Assembly: GCA_051006855.1 (NCBI GenBank)
Contig: JBPCSS010000021.1
Location: 1 to 58,225 of the forward strand
Length of the DNA: 58,225 nucleotides
Direction of reading: 5' to 3'
DNA from: Candidatus Nanopelagicus sp.
GTDB lineage: Bacteria; Actinomycetota; Actinomycetes; Nanopelagicales; Nanopelagicaceae
The translations under genes and the position numbers were made by a program. Shown here one piece after another: positions 9,525 to 19,934 of the stretch; positions within the stretch are counted from its first letter, which is position 1, and the number at the start of each line of letters is the position of its first letter. The notes under the pieces are model-generated. The model did not search any database, had not been told where the DNA came from, and worked only from the letters and a program-made list of their open reading frames with translations.

Positions 9525-11018
9525 ATGATTCATAAACTCCTAGATTTGTATCCAAAACTCTCATTTCTTCCTGAGGATGAATTAGATTTTTCAGAGTTTA
9601 CCGCAGTAGCCATACCTGTATCACCTGGTGAAAAACCTCAAATAAACAAAAGTAGATTTCTTTCTGCATTAAATAAATTCACAAACCTAGATTTAAATAT
9701 TGAACTAGCCAATTGGCCAGATTTCACCGCAAAAGCTGGAGAATTAATTGAAATCCCATTATCAGCCGGCACTCTCACTCGTATTTTTTTGATTGGCATA
9801 GGTGAGCAAAGCACTGAGGACATTCGCAAAGCGGCGACTGCTCTAGGTCGTAAAGTTAAATCAAGCGATAGCAAAGTGCTTTCTGCGTTAACTGAGGATA
9901 AAAACCTAGTTACTACCCAAGCGGTCGCATTTGCACTTTCAAACTACCAATTTTCACTTAAGAGTGAACAAAAGAGCAATAAACCAGAGCTGACTATTTA
10001 TGGAGATTTTGAAAATGAAATTGAGCGTGCTGACGTATTGGCCACTGCAGTCTGGCAAACTAGAAATCTAATTCATACTCCTTCAAATATTAAAAATCCT
10101 GAATGGCTTGCCAAACAGGCAAGTGCGATGGTTTCAGCCACAAAGAACTCCGGTTTATCAATCTCAGTTAAATCTGGTCGAGCGTTAAAGGAATTTGGTG
10201 GACTAACTGCGGTTGGAAACTCATCTCCAACTCCTGGTCCACGATTAATTGAAATAACTTATGCGCCAAAAGGATCGACTCACTGGCCACATGTTGTACT
10301 GGTGGGAAAGGGAATTACTTTTGACACCGGGGGTGTTTCTTTAAAACGTCCTTATGACACGATGGTTGGAATGAAAAGTGATATGGCTGGTGCTGCTGCA
10401 GTTTTATGTGCAACGGTTGCTTTGGCAAGAACTAAACCAAAAGTTAGAGTTACAACTTTATTAATGGCTGCTGAAAATGCATTATCTGGAACATCACAAC
10501 GACCATCAGATGTGATAAAACATTTTGGCGGTACAACTGTTGAGGTAATAAACACAGATGCAGAAGGCAGATTAGTTTTAGCTGATGGACTTGCATACGC
10601 AGATTTAGAGCTAGATCCTGATTATGTAGTTGATGTTGCAACCCTTACAGGAGCGGCAACCCTTGGTTTAGGCCGGCAGTACGCAGCGATGTATACCCGC
10701 CAAACAACTCTAGCTAAGAAGTTTTCTGAGGTAGGAAATAAAGTTGGTGAAAAAGTTTGGCACATGCCACTTGTAGATGATTACACAAAGGCACTAGCTA
10801 GTGATGTTGCAGATTTTAATCACACAGCAGATAAATATGATTTCTCGGCTGGTTCTGTAACCGCAGCTCTATTTTTAGAAAAATTTGTTGGGGACCGTTC
10901 TTGGGTGCATCTAGATATTGCTGGCACAGGCAGGTCTGAAGTTGATGCAGGTGAAAACATAAAGGGTGGAACTGGATTTGGTGCCAGACTTTTAATTGAG
11001 TGGCTGGATACATTTTGA
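9525..11018 (+). CDS. pepA: Leucyl aminopeptidase (M17)
   Basis: VGKGITFDTGG, MKSDMAG, NTDAEGRL, DVATLTG, HLDIAG. Confidence 0.93.
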   Translation: MIHKLLDLYPKLSFLPEDELDFSEFTAVAIPVSPGEKPQINKSRFLSALNKFTNLDLNIELANWPDFTAKAGELIEIPLSAGTLTRIFLIGIGEQSTEDIRKAATALGRKVKSSDSKVLSALTEDKNLVTTQAVAFALSNYQFSLKSEQKSNKPELTIYGDFENEIERADVLATAVWQTRNLIHTPSNIKNPEWLAKQASAMVSATKNSGLSISVKSGRALKEFGGLTAVGNSSPTPGPRLIEITYAPKGSTHWPHVVLVGKGITFDTGGVSLKRPYDTMVGMKSDMAGAAAVLCATVALARTKPKVRVTTLLMAAENALSGTSQRPSDVIKHFGGTTVEVINTDAEGRLVLADGLAYADLELDPDYVVDVATLTGAATLGLGRQYAAMYTRQTTLAKKFSEVGNKVGEKVWHMPLVDDYTKALASDVADFNHTADKYDFSAGSVTAALFLEKFVGDRSWVHLDIAGTGRSEVDAGENIKGGTGFGARLLIEWLDTF

Positions 11019-11044
11019 ACCTACCAAATTCACCTCGCGGAGAT

Positions 11045-11656
11045 ATGAGCTCATATGCAGAGTCATTTGCGCATGAAGATTATTTTATGCAGCAAGCTAG
11101 AAGCAATGGACAAGAAATAGGCGCTGCTGATCCATCTGCTGCAGTTGGAAATTTTCTAAAATTTGCAGTTAATTTAGTAAATGCTAAATCTGTAGTGGAA
11201 ATTGGAACAGGCTCTGGTGTTGGCGGGCTTTGGATATTAAGTGGTATGCCAGCTGATTCTGTTTTAACAACAATTGATTCAGAGAGAGAACACTCAAAAA
11301 TTGCTCGCACAATTTTTGAAGATGCTGATATTGCACCAACAAAATACCGAATTATCACCGGAAAATTAATTGAGGTGATCGGCAAACTTGCTGACAATGC
11401 TTATGATCTAATAATCATTAGACCAGCACTTGATCTATTCGAAATGGTGCAAGAGTCTTATCGTCTATTGAAACCAGGTGGATTGCTGATCATTGATCAG
11501 GCGTTAAGCGGTGGAAAAGTTGCTGATCCCACTCAGCGTGATCCTGAGAGTATTGCGAGAAGAGATGCAATAAAGGTTGTTAAAGAGGATGAAAGATGGG
11601 CAGCATCACTACTTCCTATTGGCGAAGGTCTATTGCTTGCCAATAAACTTATCTAA
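11045..11656 (+). CDS. O-methyltransferase (Rv1220c-like)
   Basis: SAM motif VEIGTGSGVGG; LKPGGL; KVADPTQRD. Start at ATG 11045 after GGAGA. Confidence 0.88.
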   Translation: MSSYAESFAHEDYFMQQARSNGQEIGAADPSAAVGNFLKFAVNLVNAKSVVEIGTGSGVGGLWILSGMPADSVLTTIDSEREHSKIARTIFEDADIAPTKYRIITGKLIEVIGKLADNAYDLIIIRPALDLFEMVQESYRLLKPGGLLIIDQALSGGKVADPTQRDPESIARRDAIKVVKEDERWAASLLPIGEGLLLANKLI

Positions 11657-12781
11657 ATGAGACAACCATCAGATACTCCGTGGTGGCAAGCAAGTGCTGA
11701 AACCAAACCAGTTCGTGTAGTTTCTAGTCGCAGTACTTCAAACTTTTTTGTAGTCGCAGTTGTGATTGCACTAATTGCGGGTGGGTTTGGCGCCGCAATT
11801 GGTCGCGGCAGTGCAACAAATTTGGGAGCTAATTTAGTTCAAACCACAAACTCAATCGAGCGGGCACCAGATTCGATTGCAGGAGTTGCTGCCCGTGTAA
11901 TACCTGCAGTGGTATCGATAGCGGTAAAAGGGTTTAGCGGTTCAGGAACCGGTTCTGGTTTTTTCCTAGATAGTAATGGTTTTATTTTGACCAACAACCA
12001 TGTGGTTGAGGGTGCGGCAAGGAGTGGGACGATCACCGTCGAGTTATCTGATGGAAAAAAATATAGAGCTAAGTTAATTGGTAGAGATAGCTCATATGAT
12101 CTTGCCGTACTTAAGATTGATGTAGTTGGTGCGCCAACCTTGCAACTTGGCAATAGTGAACAAGTGCAAGTTGGTGACGCTGTGATTGCAATCGGCTCCC
12201 CACTTGGACTTTCAGGAACTGTGACCTCTGGAATTATCAGTTCAAAGAATCGTGCTGTTACAACTGGTAATGGCAATGGCGAAAGCTCATTTATCAACGC
12301 ATTGCAAACAGATGCAGCAATTAATCCAGGAAACTCTGGCGGTCCCTTAGTTGATGCAACTGGTGCTGTAATTGGAGTTAACTCTGCTATTGCCACCTTA
12401 GGTTTTAGTTCTCAAGCAGGTTCAATTGGTTTGGGATTTGCAATTCCAATTAATCAAGCAAAAAAGACTGCCGAGCAGTTGATAAAGACTGGATCTGCTA
12501 CATATCCAATTATGGGCATTTCAGTTGACACAAGATTTACTGGCAGCGGTGCATTAATCACCAGCGAGGGCGTAGGAATTACCCCAGGTGGGCCGGCCGA
12601 TAAAGTTGGCCTAAAGGCAGGAGATGTCATTATTGAATTTGATGGCGCAGAGGTTGATAACTCAGATGAATTGATTGTGATGATTAGAAGTAAAAGTGTT
12701 GGTGATAAGGTGAAGATTAAATATAAGCGCAACAATCTGACCAAAGAAGCAACTGTAACCCTTACAGCTTCGAAGGAGTAG
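11657..12781 (+). CDS. htrA: HtrA-like serine protease with PDZ domain
   Basis: TM anchor; catalytic triad motifs TNNHVV, DLAV, GNSGGPL; C-terminal PDZ (GPADKVGLKAGDVI). Confidence 0.92.
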   Translation: MRQPSDTPWWQASAETKPVRVVSSRSTSNFFVVAVVIALIAGGFGAAIGRGSATNLGANLVQTTNSIERAPDSIAGVAARVIPAVVSIAVKGFSGSGTGSGFFLDSNGFILTNNHVVEGAARSGTITVELSDGKKYRAKLIGRDSSYDLAVLKIDVVGAPTLQLGNSEQVQVGDAVIAIGSPLGLSGTVTSGIISSKNRAVTTGNGNGESSFINALQTDAAINPGNSGGPLVDATGAVIGVNSAIATLGFSSQAGSIGLGFAIPINQAKKTAEQLIKTGSATYPIMGISVDTRFTGSGALITSEGVGITPGGPADKVGLKAGDVIIEFDGAEVDNSDELIVMIRSKSVGDKVKIKYKRNNLTKEATVTLTASKE

Positions 12782-12786
12782 AGATT

Positions 12787-13083
12787 ATGTTTAATATTGG
12801 TGGCGGTGAAATCCTTGCCCTGCTAGTACTTGGCATGATTTTGATTGGCCCAGACCGCCTGCCAAATGTGGCAGCAGATGCTGCCAAGTTACTAATTAAA
12901 TTAAAAAATATGGCCCAAACTGTGACCAATGAAATAAAAGATAATTTGGGACCTGGTTATGAAGATTTGCAGGTAAAGGACCTACATCCAAAGGCATTAA
13001 TTAAGAAACATATCGGAGATGTAATCGATAAATCTGATCTTGAGATGAAACCAAAACCAAAAATTGATCCAGAGATTCTATGA
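12787..13083 (+). CDS. tatB: Tat translocase subunit TatB
   Basis: MFNIGGGE...GPDRLP; DLHPK; htrA-tatB-mrp synteny. Confidence 0.88.
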   Translation: MFNIGGGEILALLVLGMILIGPDRLPNVAADAAKLLIKLKNMAQTVTNEIKDNLGPGYEDLQVKDLHPKALIKKHIGDVIDKSDLEMKPKPKIDPEIL

Positions 13084-14195
13084 GTACTGTTGAAGCAATA
13101 AATAAAGCGCTAGAAAAAGTCATCGACCCCGAGCTTCATAAACCGCTTCCGGAGTTGGGGATGGTTGAATCGGTGGCATTCACCGAAGGAAAAGCAATTA
13201 TTGGGATATTACTAACCATTGTTGGTTGCCCCATGAAAGATCGATTAAAAAGTGATATCTCAAATGCCTTAAGTGATATTTCAGAAATTAAATCAATAGA
13301 GATAAATTTTGGAGTAATGAGTGAAGTGCAGCGAAATAATGTAAAGAAAATCATTCGCGGAGGTCGGGAAAAATTCATTCCCTTTGCTCAGCCTGAGTCT
13401 CTAACGAGAGTATTAGGAATTGCATCTGGAAAAGGTGGAGTAGGTAAATCTTCAATCACAGTAAATTTAGCTGTTGCAGCAGCAGCCCGTGGTTTAAAAG
13501 TAGGAATTTTAGATGCAGATGTTTACGGACATTCAATTCCACGTTTGATGGGAATTTTAGATAAGCGGCCAACCGCAATAGATCAAACCTTTATCCCAGT
13601 AGAAAATTATGGAGTCAAGGTTGTTTCAATGGAGATGTTCAAGCCGGAAAGATCAGATCCAGTTGCTTATCGTGGTCCACTTTTGCACCGCGTACTTGAG
13701 CAACTGTTAAGCGATGCATTCTGGGGAGATCTTGATCTTCTTTTATTGGATCTACCACCAGGAACAGGTGATATTGCAATTTCACTCGGTCAACTGATTC
13801 CTGGTTCAGAGATAGTTGTTGTGACAACTCCACAAATTGCAGCTGCAGAGGTGGCAGAACGGGCTGGACGAATTGCACACCAAATTAAGCAACCAGTTAT
13901 TGGTGTAATTGAAAATATGTCTGAGACAACTTCTCCTACCACCGGAGAAAAGATTTCAATATTTGGAAGCGGTGGTGGTGAAGAGACTGCCAGACGACTT
14001 AGCGAATTAGTTGGCGCGGATGTGCCCCTACTTGCAAAGGTAGCTTTTGATACAAATATTCGAGTAGGAGGGGATGCTGGTAATCCACTTGTATTAACTG
14101 ATCAAAAATTTATGGATGTATTTGATGGCATCCTTGATCAAATAATTGTTAGACCAAAATCCTTAGTTGGTGTAAGGCTGAACGTAAATACCTAA
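13080..14195 (+). CDS. mrp: Mrp/NBP35 Fe-S cluster carrier ATPase
   Basis: DPEL/GCP N-terminal domain; SGKGGVGKS; DADVYG; DLPPGTGD. Confidence 0.92.
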   Translation: MSTVEAINKALEKVIDPELHKPLPELGMVESVAFTEGKAIIGILLTIVGCPMKDRLKSDISNALSDISEIKSIEINFGVMSEVQRNNVKKIIRGGREKFIPFAQPESLTRVLGIASGKGGVGKSSITVNLAVAAAARGLKVGILDADVYGHSIPRLMGILDKRPTAIDQTFIPVENYGVKVVSMEMFKPERSDPVAYRGPLLHRVLEQLLSDAFWGDLDLLLLDLPPGTGDIAISLGQLIPGSEIVVVTTPQIAAAEVAERAGRIAHQIKQPVIGVIENMSETTSPTTGEKISIFGSGGGEETARRLSELVGADVPLLAKVAFDTNIRVGGDAGNPLVLTDQKFMDVFDGILDQIIVRPKSLVGVRLNVNT

Positions 14196-14701
14196 GACTT
14201 TTTGTTTAACTTCTTAACTATCTCTTCAATTGCCTCAGTGACCTCATTATGTAGGTAATCTCTAGTGGTTAATTCACCAATTGCACTACGTAAGCTAGCT
14301 AACTCGCGCGTTAGATACTCAGTATCGGCCATATTCCTCTCATCACGATCTCGATCTTCATTACCCTGAATGCGATCTCGATCTGCTTGCCTATTTTGTG
14401 CTAACAAAATTAATGGCGCAGCGTATGAAGCCTGCAGAGAAAGCAAAAGAGTTAGGAAGATAAATGGATAGTGGTCAAATCGCAAATCATTTGGTGCAAG
14501 ACTGTTCCAAACCACCCAAATAAATACAAAAGCTGTCATGAATACCAGAAAGCGCGCAGTACCAAGAAATCTTGCAAAACGCTCTGACCATCTGCCAAAT
14601 GATTCTGGGTCATATGAAGGCTTTAAAGTTCTACGTGCTTCGCGTGGAAACTCAAGAGAATTTCTATTAATTTTCTTTTTTGCCATTTTAGTTTGTCTCA
14701 C
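14192..14701 (-). CDS. DUF1003 membrane protein
   Basis: FDHYPFIFLTLLLSLQASYAAPLILLAQNRQ. Start may be 14686. Confidence 0.9.
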   Translation of the reverse strand: MRQTKMAKKKINRNSLEFPREARRTLKPSYDPESFGRWSERFARFLGTARFLVFMTAFVFIWVVWNSLAPNDLRFDHYPFIFLTLLLSLQASYAAPLILLAQNRQADRDRIQGNEDRDRDERNMADTEYLTRELASLRSAIGELTTRDYLHNEVTEAIEEIVKKLNKKS

Positions 14702-15962
14702 TTTCTCGCTTCAACGATTCCACTTGGCGCCAATTCTCAGGTAGTAAATGATCAAGTACGTCATCCACAGTGACAGCACCTAATAAACGCTCATTTGAGT
14801 CAACAATTGGAACTGCCAACAAGTTATAACTAGCCAAATATAAAGCGACTTCATTTAAAGTTGAGTCTGGTGATAACGGAGCAATATCTGAATCCAATAT
14901 TCCACCCAATAATGTTGCAGGCGGTTCACGTAATAATCTTTGGATATGGACCACACCTAAAAGTCTGCCGGTAGGAGTTTCAAGTGGTTGGCGACAGACA
15001 AAAATTTGTGATGCAAGCCCTGGTGCGACCTCTGAAGATCTAACTCTAGAGAGCGCTTCAGCAACAGTTGAGTCAGCAGTTAAAACAATTGGTTCTGTTG
15101 TCATCATTCCACCGGCTGAATAATCCTCATAATCCATCAACCTTTGAACATCTTCAGCATCTTCTGGTGCCATCAATGCCAGCAGAGCTTCAGCTTTTTC
15201 TTTTCCAACCTCGCGAAGTAAGTCAGCGGCATCATCTGGATCCATCTCTTCCAAAACATCAGCGGCTCTCTCGCCCTCAAGTTCTGCAAGTAATTCAACG
15301 CGAGAAGCCTCATCCATTTCTTCAATTAAATCGGCTAGACGTTCATCATCGAGTGCACGAGCAACCTCAACTTTTCGCTTAATATTTAAATCTTGTAAAA
15401 CAGCAGCTAAGTCTGCTGCGCGAAGATTTGCCAATGTGCCAAGCAAATGACTTACTGCCTGATTAGTTTCAGGTATATGTATTCCTGATATTTCAGACCA
15501 GGCAACCGTTGATGATGAGCCTCGCTTTCTAAAACCTGAGCCTCGTTTCATTACATGCACGCGTTCGATAAACCAATCGCCAGTCTTTGATCGATCCATG
15601 GCAACATCTTCAATAGTGACTTTCTCATCTGTTTCAATCAAAGTTACGGATCGGTCTAACATTTCAGTTAGAACTGTAATTTCATTAGTTCTTGGTTCAA
15701 ATCGACGCATGTTAAGCAATCCAGTGATAATTACATGACCATTATCAATAGAAGTTACTCGCGTGATAGGTATAAAAATTCTTTTTCTTGGTGGAACTTC
15801 AATGATGAAGCCAAGAATTCTTGGTGGTTGATTGTTAGCACGCAGGGTTGCTACCGCATCCCTAACCTTGCCAAGTTGATCACCATTTGGGTCAAAGACC
15901 GCAGTACCAGCTAATCGGGCTAGGAATACGCGATTAAGGATTGCACCTTTACTTGTATTCAT
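14688..15962 (-). CDS. MgtE N-terminal/CBS domain protein without the membrane domain
   Basis: PRC-barrel-like N-terminus; acidic MgtE_N repeats (EEMDPDDAADL); CBS pair (AGGMMTTE...VTVDD). Confidence 0.88.
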   Translation of the reverse strand: MNTSKGAILNRVFLARLAGTAVFDPNGDQLGKVRDAVATLRANNQPPRILGFIIEVPPRKRIFIPITRVTSIDNGHVIITGLLNMRRFEPRTNEITVLTEMLDRSVTLIETDEKVTIEDVAMDRSKTGDWFIERVHVMKRGSGFRKRGSSSTVAWSEISGIHIPETNQAVSHLLGTLANLRAADLAAVLQDLNIKRKVEVARALDDERLADLIEEMDEASRVELLAELEGERAADVLEEMDPDDAADLLREVGKEKAEALLALMAPEDAEDVQRLMDYEDYSAGGMMTTEPIVLTADSTVAEALSRVRSSEVAPGLASQIFVCRQPLETPTGRLLGVVHIQRLLREPPATLLGGILDSDIAPLSPDSTLNEVALYLASYNLLAVPIVDSNERLLGAVTVDDVLDHLLPENWRQVESLKRESETN

Positions 15963-16026
15963 AGGCTAAGGGTATCGGCTCACTATGGATTCATAACAAT
16001 AATTAATTTATCGGTAGGTTTTACCC

Positions 16027-16896
16027 ATGAAAGATCAAGACCACACAAAATTACCAACGGGTCGGGATATTCCATTCCTAATTCTGGGGGTGCTGGGCAT
16101 CGGTTCTTCTGGTCCAATTATTGCCAAAGCGATTATGCCCATACCTACCATGATTTTCTGGCGCAATTTAGTTGGCGCATTGATGATGATGCCTTTTGCA
16201 ATTGGCCGCGGTGAATGGAAAACCAAGGAACAATTAAATGCAATTAAGTGGTCGGTACTGGCTGGGAGCTTATTAGCAACCCATTTTATTTGTTTCTTTT
16301 GGGCAATGAAACTGACAAGTGTTGCAACGGGAGTAGCACTAACCGCAACTCAACCAATTTTTGCCGCATTATTTATTAAATTAGCAGGAGGTCACATACC
16401 AAAAAAATCTCTTGGTGGGATGTTGATCGCATTTTTATCTGTGGTGGCAATTACTGGAATTGATTTGAACATTTCTATTAGAGCTTTTCAAGGTGACTTA
16501 CTAGCAGTCTTTGGCGGAGCAGTAGGTGCTGGATACATGATCATTGGCGCCAATGCTCAAAAGGTTATTTCTACTTCAACATTTACAACTGTTTGCTATT
16601 CAACATGTGCAGTTTTAATTTTCCCAGTAGTCCTGTTAACTAACTCAAACTTAGCTGGATACTCTGGAAATCAATGGCTACTACTTGCTGGTTTGATTAT
16701 TGGCGCCCAATTTCTTGGCCATACCTTATTTAACTTCACATTAAAGCGGGTATCTCCTGCGGTTGTTTCCCTAGTTGTATTTTTCGAAGTTCCAGTAAGT
16801 GCGCTTTTGGCATTTGCTTGGCTAGGACAACAGCCACCTGCAGGCACCATTCCAGGAATTATTGGTTTGTTGTTTGGCTGCACATTAATTGTATAG
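16027..16896 (+). CDS. DMT/EamA family transporter
   Basis: About 10 hydrophobic segments in two repeats; TSVA..L..TQP and GHTLFN...EVP motifs. Confidence 0.88.
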   Translation: MKDQDHTKLPTGRDIPFLILGVLGIGSSGPIIAKAIMPIPTMIFWRNLVGALMMMPFAIGRGEWKTKEQLNAIKWSVLAGSLLATHFICFFWAMKLTSVATGVALTATQPIFAALFIKLAGGHIPKKSLGGMLIAFLSVVAITGIDLNISIRAFQGDLLAVFGGAVGAGYMIIGANAQKVISTSTFTTVCYSTCAVLIFPVVLLTNSNLAGYSGNQWLLLAGLIIGAQFLGHTLFNFTLKRVSPAVVSLVVFFEVPVSALLAFAWLGQQPPAGTIPGIIGLLFGCTLIV

Positions 16897-16924
16897 CGCT
16901 CAAATCAACCTGAGGGCAAAATCA

Positions 16925-17770
16925 ATGATTGATTTACACACCCACACAAATTTCAGTGATGGCACAGATTCACCTTCACAATTAATTAATAAGGCACTTG
17001 CTGCTGGCATTTCAGTAATTGGTCTAACTGATCATGATTCTGTTAGCGGTTGGCAAGAAGCAACTGAGGCCTTAAGACCAGGAATTTCACTAGTTCCAGG
17101 CGCTGAAATATCTTGTCAAACTTTAGATGGAATTAGCGTGCATATTTTAGGATTGCTATTTGATTCTCAAAATATTGAATTAATGAAGACCATGGAAGAA
17201 ACTCGAGAAAATAGGCATGGCCGAATGGCGAAAATTATTGCTCGAATTAATGAAGCTGGCATTGAGATAACAATGGATGAAGTTTTAGAACAACTATCAG
17301 AAGGTGCGACTTTAGGCAGGCCACATTTGGCCGATGCACTTGTTAAAAAAGGAGTTGTTGCAAGTCGAGATGAGGCATTTACGCAAATGCTCCATAACAA
17401 ATCGAAGTATTATGTTTCGCATTATTCGCCGACGCCTGAAGTAGCAATAAAATTAATCAAAGATGCAGGCGGGGTTTCTGTAATTGCACATCCGATGGCA
17501 TCACATAGAGGTAGAACAATCTCAATTGAAACCTTTGGCTCATTAATTAGTGCTGGGTTAGATGGAATTGAGGTCGACCATCGGGATCATTCACCGGAGG
17601 AGAAAAATCAACTTATTGAGTTAGCTAGAGAGAACAACTTAGTCATGACGGGTGCCAGTGATTACCACGGCAATGGAAAGCTTAATGTGTTAGGTGAGTA
17701 CACAACCTTGCCAGAACAGTGGGAAAGATTAGAGGCTAGGGCAAATAAAAGAAGAGTGGTAAAAGTTTAA
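16925..17770 (+). CDS. PHP-domain metal-dependent phosphoesterase
   Basis: IDLHTHT..SDG, TDHD, GRPH, AHP, GASDYHG. Start at ATG 16925. Confidence 0.9.
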   Translation: MIDLHTHTNFSDGTDSPSQLINKALAAGISVIGLTDHDSVSGWQEATEALRPGISLVPGAEISCQTLDGISVHILGLLFDSQNIELMKTMEETRENRHGRMAKIIARINEAGIEITMDEVLEQLSEGATLGRPHLADALVKKGVVASRDEAFTQMLHNKSKYYVSHYSPTPEVAIKLIKDAGGVSVIAHPMASHRGRTISIETFGSLISAGLDGIEVDHRDHSPEEKNQLIELARENNLVMTGASDYHGNGKLNVLGEYTTLPEQWERLEARANKRRVVKV

Positions 17771-18034
17771 TTATTGATTTGCAAAACCAACACGTCGATC
17801 AGCAGATTCGCCAACTTCAACATAACTAATTTTATTGTGTGGCACTAAAATTTCTCGTCCTTTTGTATCACTGAGCGCTAAAACTGAGGATGTTTTGATC
17901 GCATCATTTACTTTTGCAACTACTTCCGATTGAGAGTTTGAGCATTCAATAAAGATTTCATGAGTGCTATCTGAAATACCGATCTTTACCTCAGTCTTAC
18001 TTGAGCCTTTACCTGCTGATTTTGAAGTTGCCAT
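17771..18034 (-). CDS. DUF3107 family protein
   Basis: EVKIGI...LSDTKGR..LVP..KISYVEVG...RRVGF. Confidence 0.88.
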   Translation of the reverse strand: MATSKSAGKGSSKTEVKIGISDSTHEIFIECSNSQSEVVAKVNDAIKTSSVLALSDTKGREILVPHNKISYVEVGESADRRVGFANQ

Positions 18035-18071
18035 ACTCTAACTCTATCTACTAGCTGAATGGTTTGCGAAT

Positions 18072-18680
18072 TTAAGATTGTGATTTAGGAAACCCAGAAA
18101 TACCCCGCCAAATTAAATTCATTACCAATTCAGTCGCCCGCTGACGATCAATCTTTCCATCACGATCTAACCAATGCCGAGCGGTTGTTTGAACGGTTCC
18201 AATAATTCCAACTGCCAGCATCATCGACTCTTCCTTGCCTAAACCTGTATCGATGGAAATAACTGCACTAACTGCAGCAGCACAGTCATATGTCATGCGA
18301 TTTAAACGTTCTCGAACCTGTGGCTCTAAATTCATATCGCTTTCAAAAAGTAGTCTGAACGCTTCTCCTTCGGAATCAATAAATCCAAAGTAAGCCTCAA
18401 CCGTGGCTGCAACTCTGGATGAGTTTTCTCGGTTTGATGCGATGGCTTTTTGAATTGCAAATACAAGTGAATCAATATGCAGATCTAGTACCGCAAGATA
18501 CAACTCAAGTTTGGAAGGAAAATGCTGATATAAAACTGGCTTGCTAACATTTGCCCGGTCTGCAATTTCATCCATGGCAGCCGAGTGATATCCAGCTGCT
18601 GTGAAAACTTCTAGCGCTGCAACGAGAAGTTGAGCGCGACGTTCATCACGAGGTAATCGTGCTGACTTATCATCGACCAT
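18072..18680 (-). CDS. TetR/AcrR family regulator
   Basis: HTH motif AMDEIADRANVSKPVLYQHFPSK; conserved position next to DUF3107. Confidence 0.92.
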   Translation of the reverse strand: MVDDKSARLPRDERRAQLLVAALEVFTAAGYHSAAMDEIADRANVSKPVLYQHFPSKLELYLAVLDLHIDSLVFAIQKAIASNRENSSRVAATVEAYFGFIDSEGEAFRLLFESDMNLEPQVRERLNRMTYDCAAAVSAVISIDTGLGKEESMMLAVGIIGTVQTTARHWLDRDGKIDRQRATELVMNLIWRGISGFPKSQS

Positions 18681-18741
18681 TCATTAATTCTAATCCGTAA
18701 GTTGATAGATTGTCAGTTTTTATAAGATTTATAGTTATATT

Positions 18742-19611
18742 GTGCGGGTGAATTCATCAAAAAGAATGTTATTAGTTCATGCCCATCCAGATGATGAGAC
18801 CATCAACAATGGTGCAACGATGGCTAAATATGCTGCATCTGGCGTGGATGTCACATTGGTTACCTGCACAAGAGGTGAAGAAGGTGAAGTTTTAGTTGAG
18901 GAGTTAGCTAATTTAGCAAGCAGCAAAGATGACAAATTAGGCGAACATCGTGAAATTGAATTAAAAAATGCAATGGATGAGTTAGGAATTTCCGATTTTA
19001 GATTTCTAGGTGCGCCCAGTAAGAAGTGGCGAGACAGTGGAATGATGGGCACCGCCCAAAATGAACGCAAGGATGTCTTTTGGCAGTCAAATTTAGATGA
19101 AGCAGCTAATGAGTTAGTAAAAATTATCTTAGAAATAAAGCCACAGGTTTTGATCACATATGATGAATTTGGTGGATACGGACATCCAGATCACATAAAA
19201 GCAAATCAAGTAGCAATGAGAGCTTCCGAAATTTCTAGCACTCAGGGTTGGGATATTGAAAAAATTTATTGGAACACTATGCCAAAATCTGTTATTCAGA
19301 TGGGGATAGACAAAATGAAAGAGGTTGGTTCAGATTTCTTTGGCGCAGAGAGCGCGGAGGATTTACCTTTTGCAAAACCTGATGAATTAGTAACCTCGGT
19401 GGTTAAAGCCCCTGAGTATGTCCAGCAAAAATTAGCTGCAATGAAGGCTCATGCCACTCAAATCTCTGTTGATGGCCCATTTTTTGCACTCTCAAATAAC
19501 CTAGGACTTTCAGTGTGGGGAGATGAGTACTACACCTTAGTAAAGGGTCAGGTGGCTTCACCATTGGATGAGAATGGGCGAGAGTTAGATTTATTTGCTG
19601 GAATTAAATAA
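18742..19611 (+). CDS. mshB: GlcNAc-Ins deacetylase (mycothiol biosynthesis)
   Basis: VHAHPDDE, CTRGEEGE, WRDSGMMG, GGYGHPDHI, AHATQI, FALSN. Confidence 0.9.
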   Translation: MRVNSSKRMLLVHAHPDDETINNGATMAKYAASGVDVTLVTCTRGEEGEVLVEELANLASSKDDKLGEHREIELKNAMDELGISDFRFLGAPSKKWRDSGMMGTAQNERKDVFWQSNLDEAANELVKIILEIKPQVLITYDEFGGYGHPDHIKANQVAMRASEISSTQGWDIEKIYWNTMPKSVIQMGIDKMKEVGSDFFGAESAEDLPFAKPDELVTSVVKAPEYVQQKLAAMKAHATQISVDGPFFALSNNLGLSVWGDEYYTLVKGQVASPLDENGRELDLFAGIK

Positions 19612-19934
19612 TGAATATTCTTAAGTCTTTATTTTTTGGCTCACTTATTGGATTTTGTGGCGTATTACTCCACAACTTCACTCCACCATTTGGCTTTATT
19701 GCATCTTTGATCCTAACCTTTTTGGGCGTAAGAGTTGTTGGACAACGGTTTTTTTATTTACGCTACCAAATTTATGCTTCCGCTGCCTGGTTAGCAGTCG
19801 TTGTAAGAGCAGGCACACCGGGAAATGGTGATGAGATCTTGATCTATGGAAACACTTATGGAAATCTTTTTCTGCTAGGTGGCTTTATTGCAATTGTTAC
19901 AGCCTTAGTTACAAGACGATCAAAAAGTTTTTAA
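19611..19934 (+). CDS. Small membrane protein following mshB (DUF6113-like)
   Basis: About four hydrophobic segments; typical position downstream of mshB. Confidence 0.65.
   Translation: MNILKSLFFGSLIGFCGVLLHNFTPPFGFIASLILTFLGVRVVGQRFFYLRYQIYASAAWLAVVVRAGTPGNGDEILIYGNTYGNLFLLGGFIAIVTALVTRRSKSF

Noticed and set aside
11839-12744. Long antisense ORFs within htrA, and similar shadow ORFs across the track
   Set aside because: They are opposite-strand or off-frame shadows of well-identified genes, with no motifs or start signals of their own.
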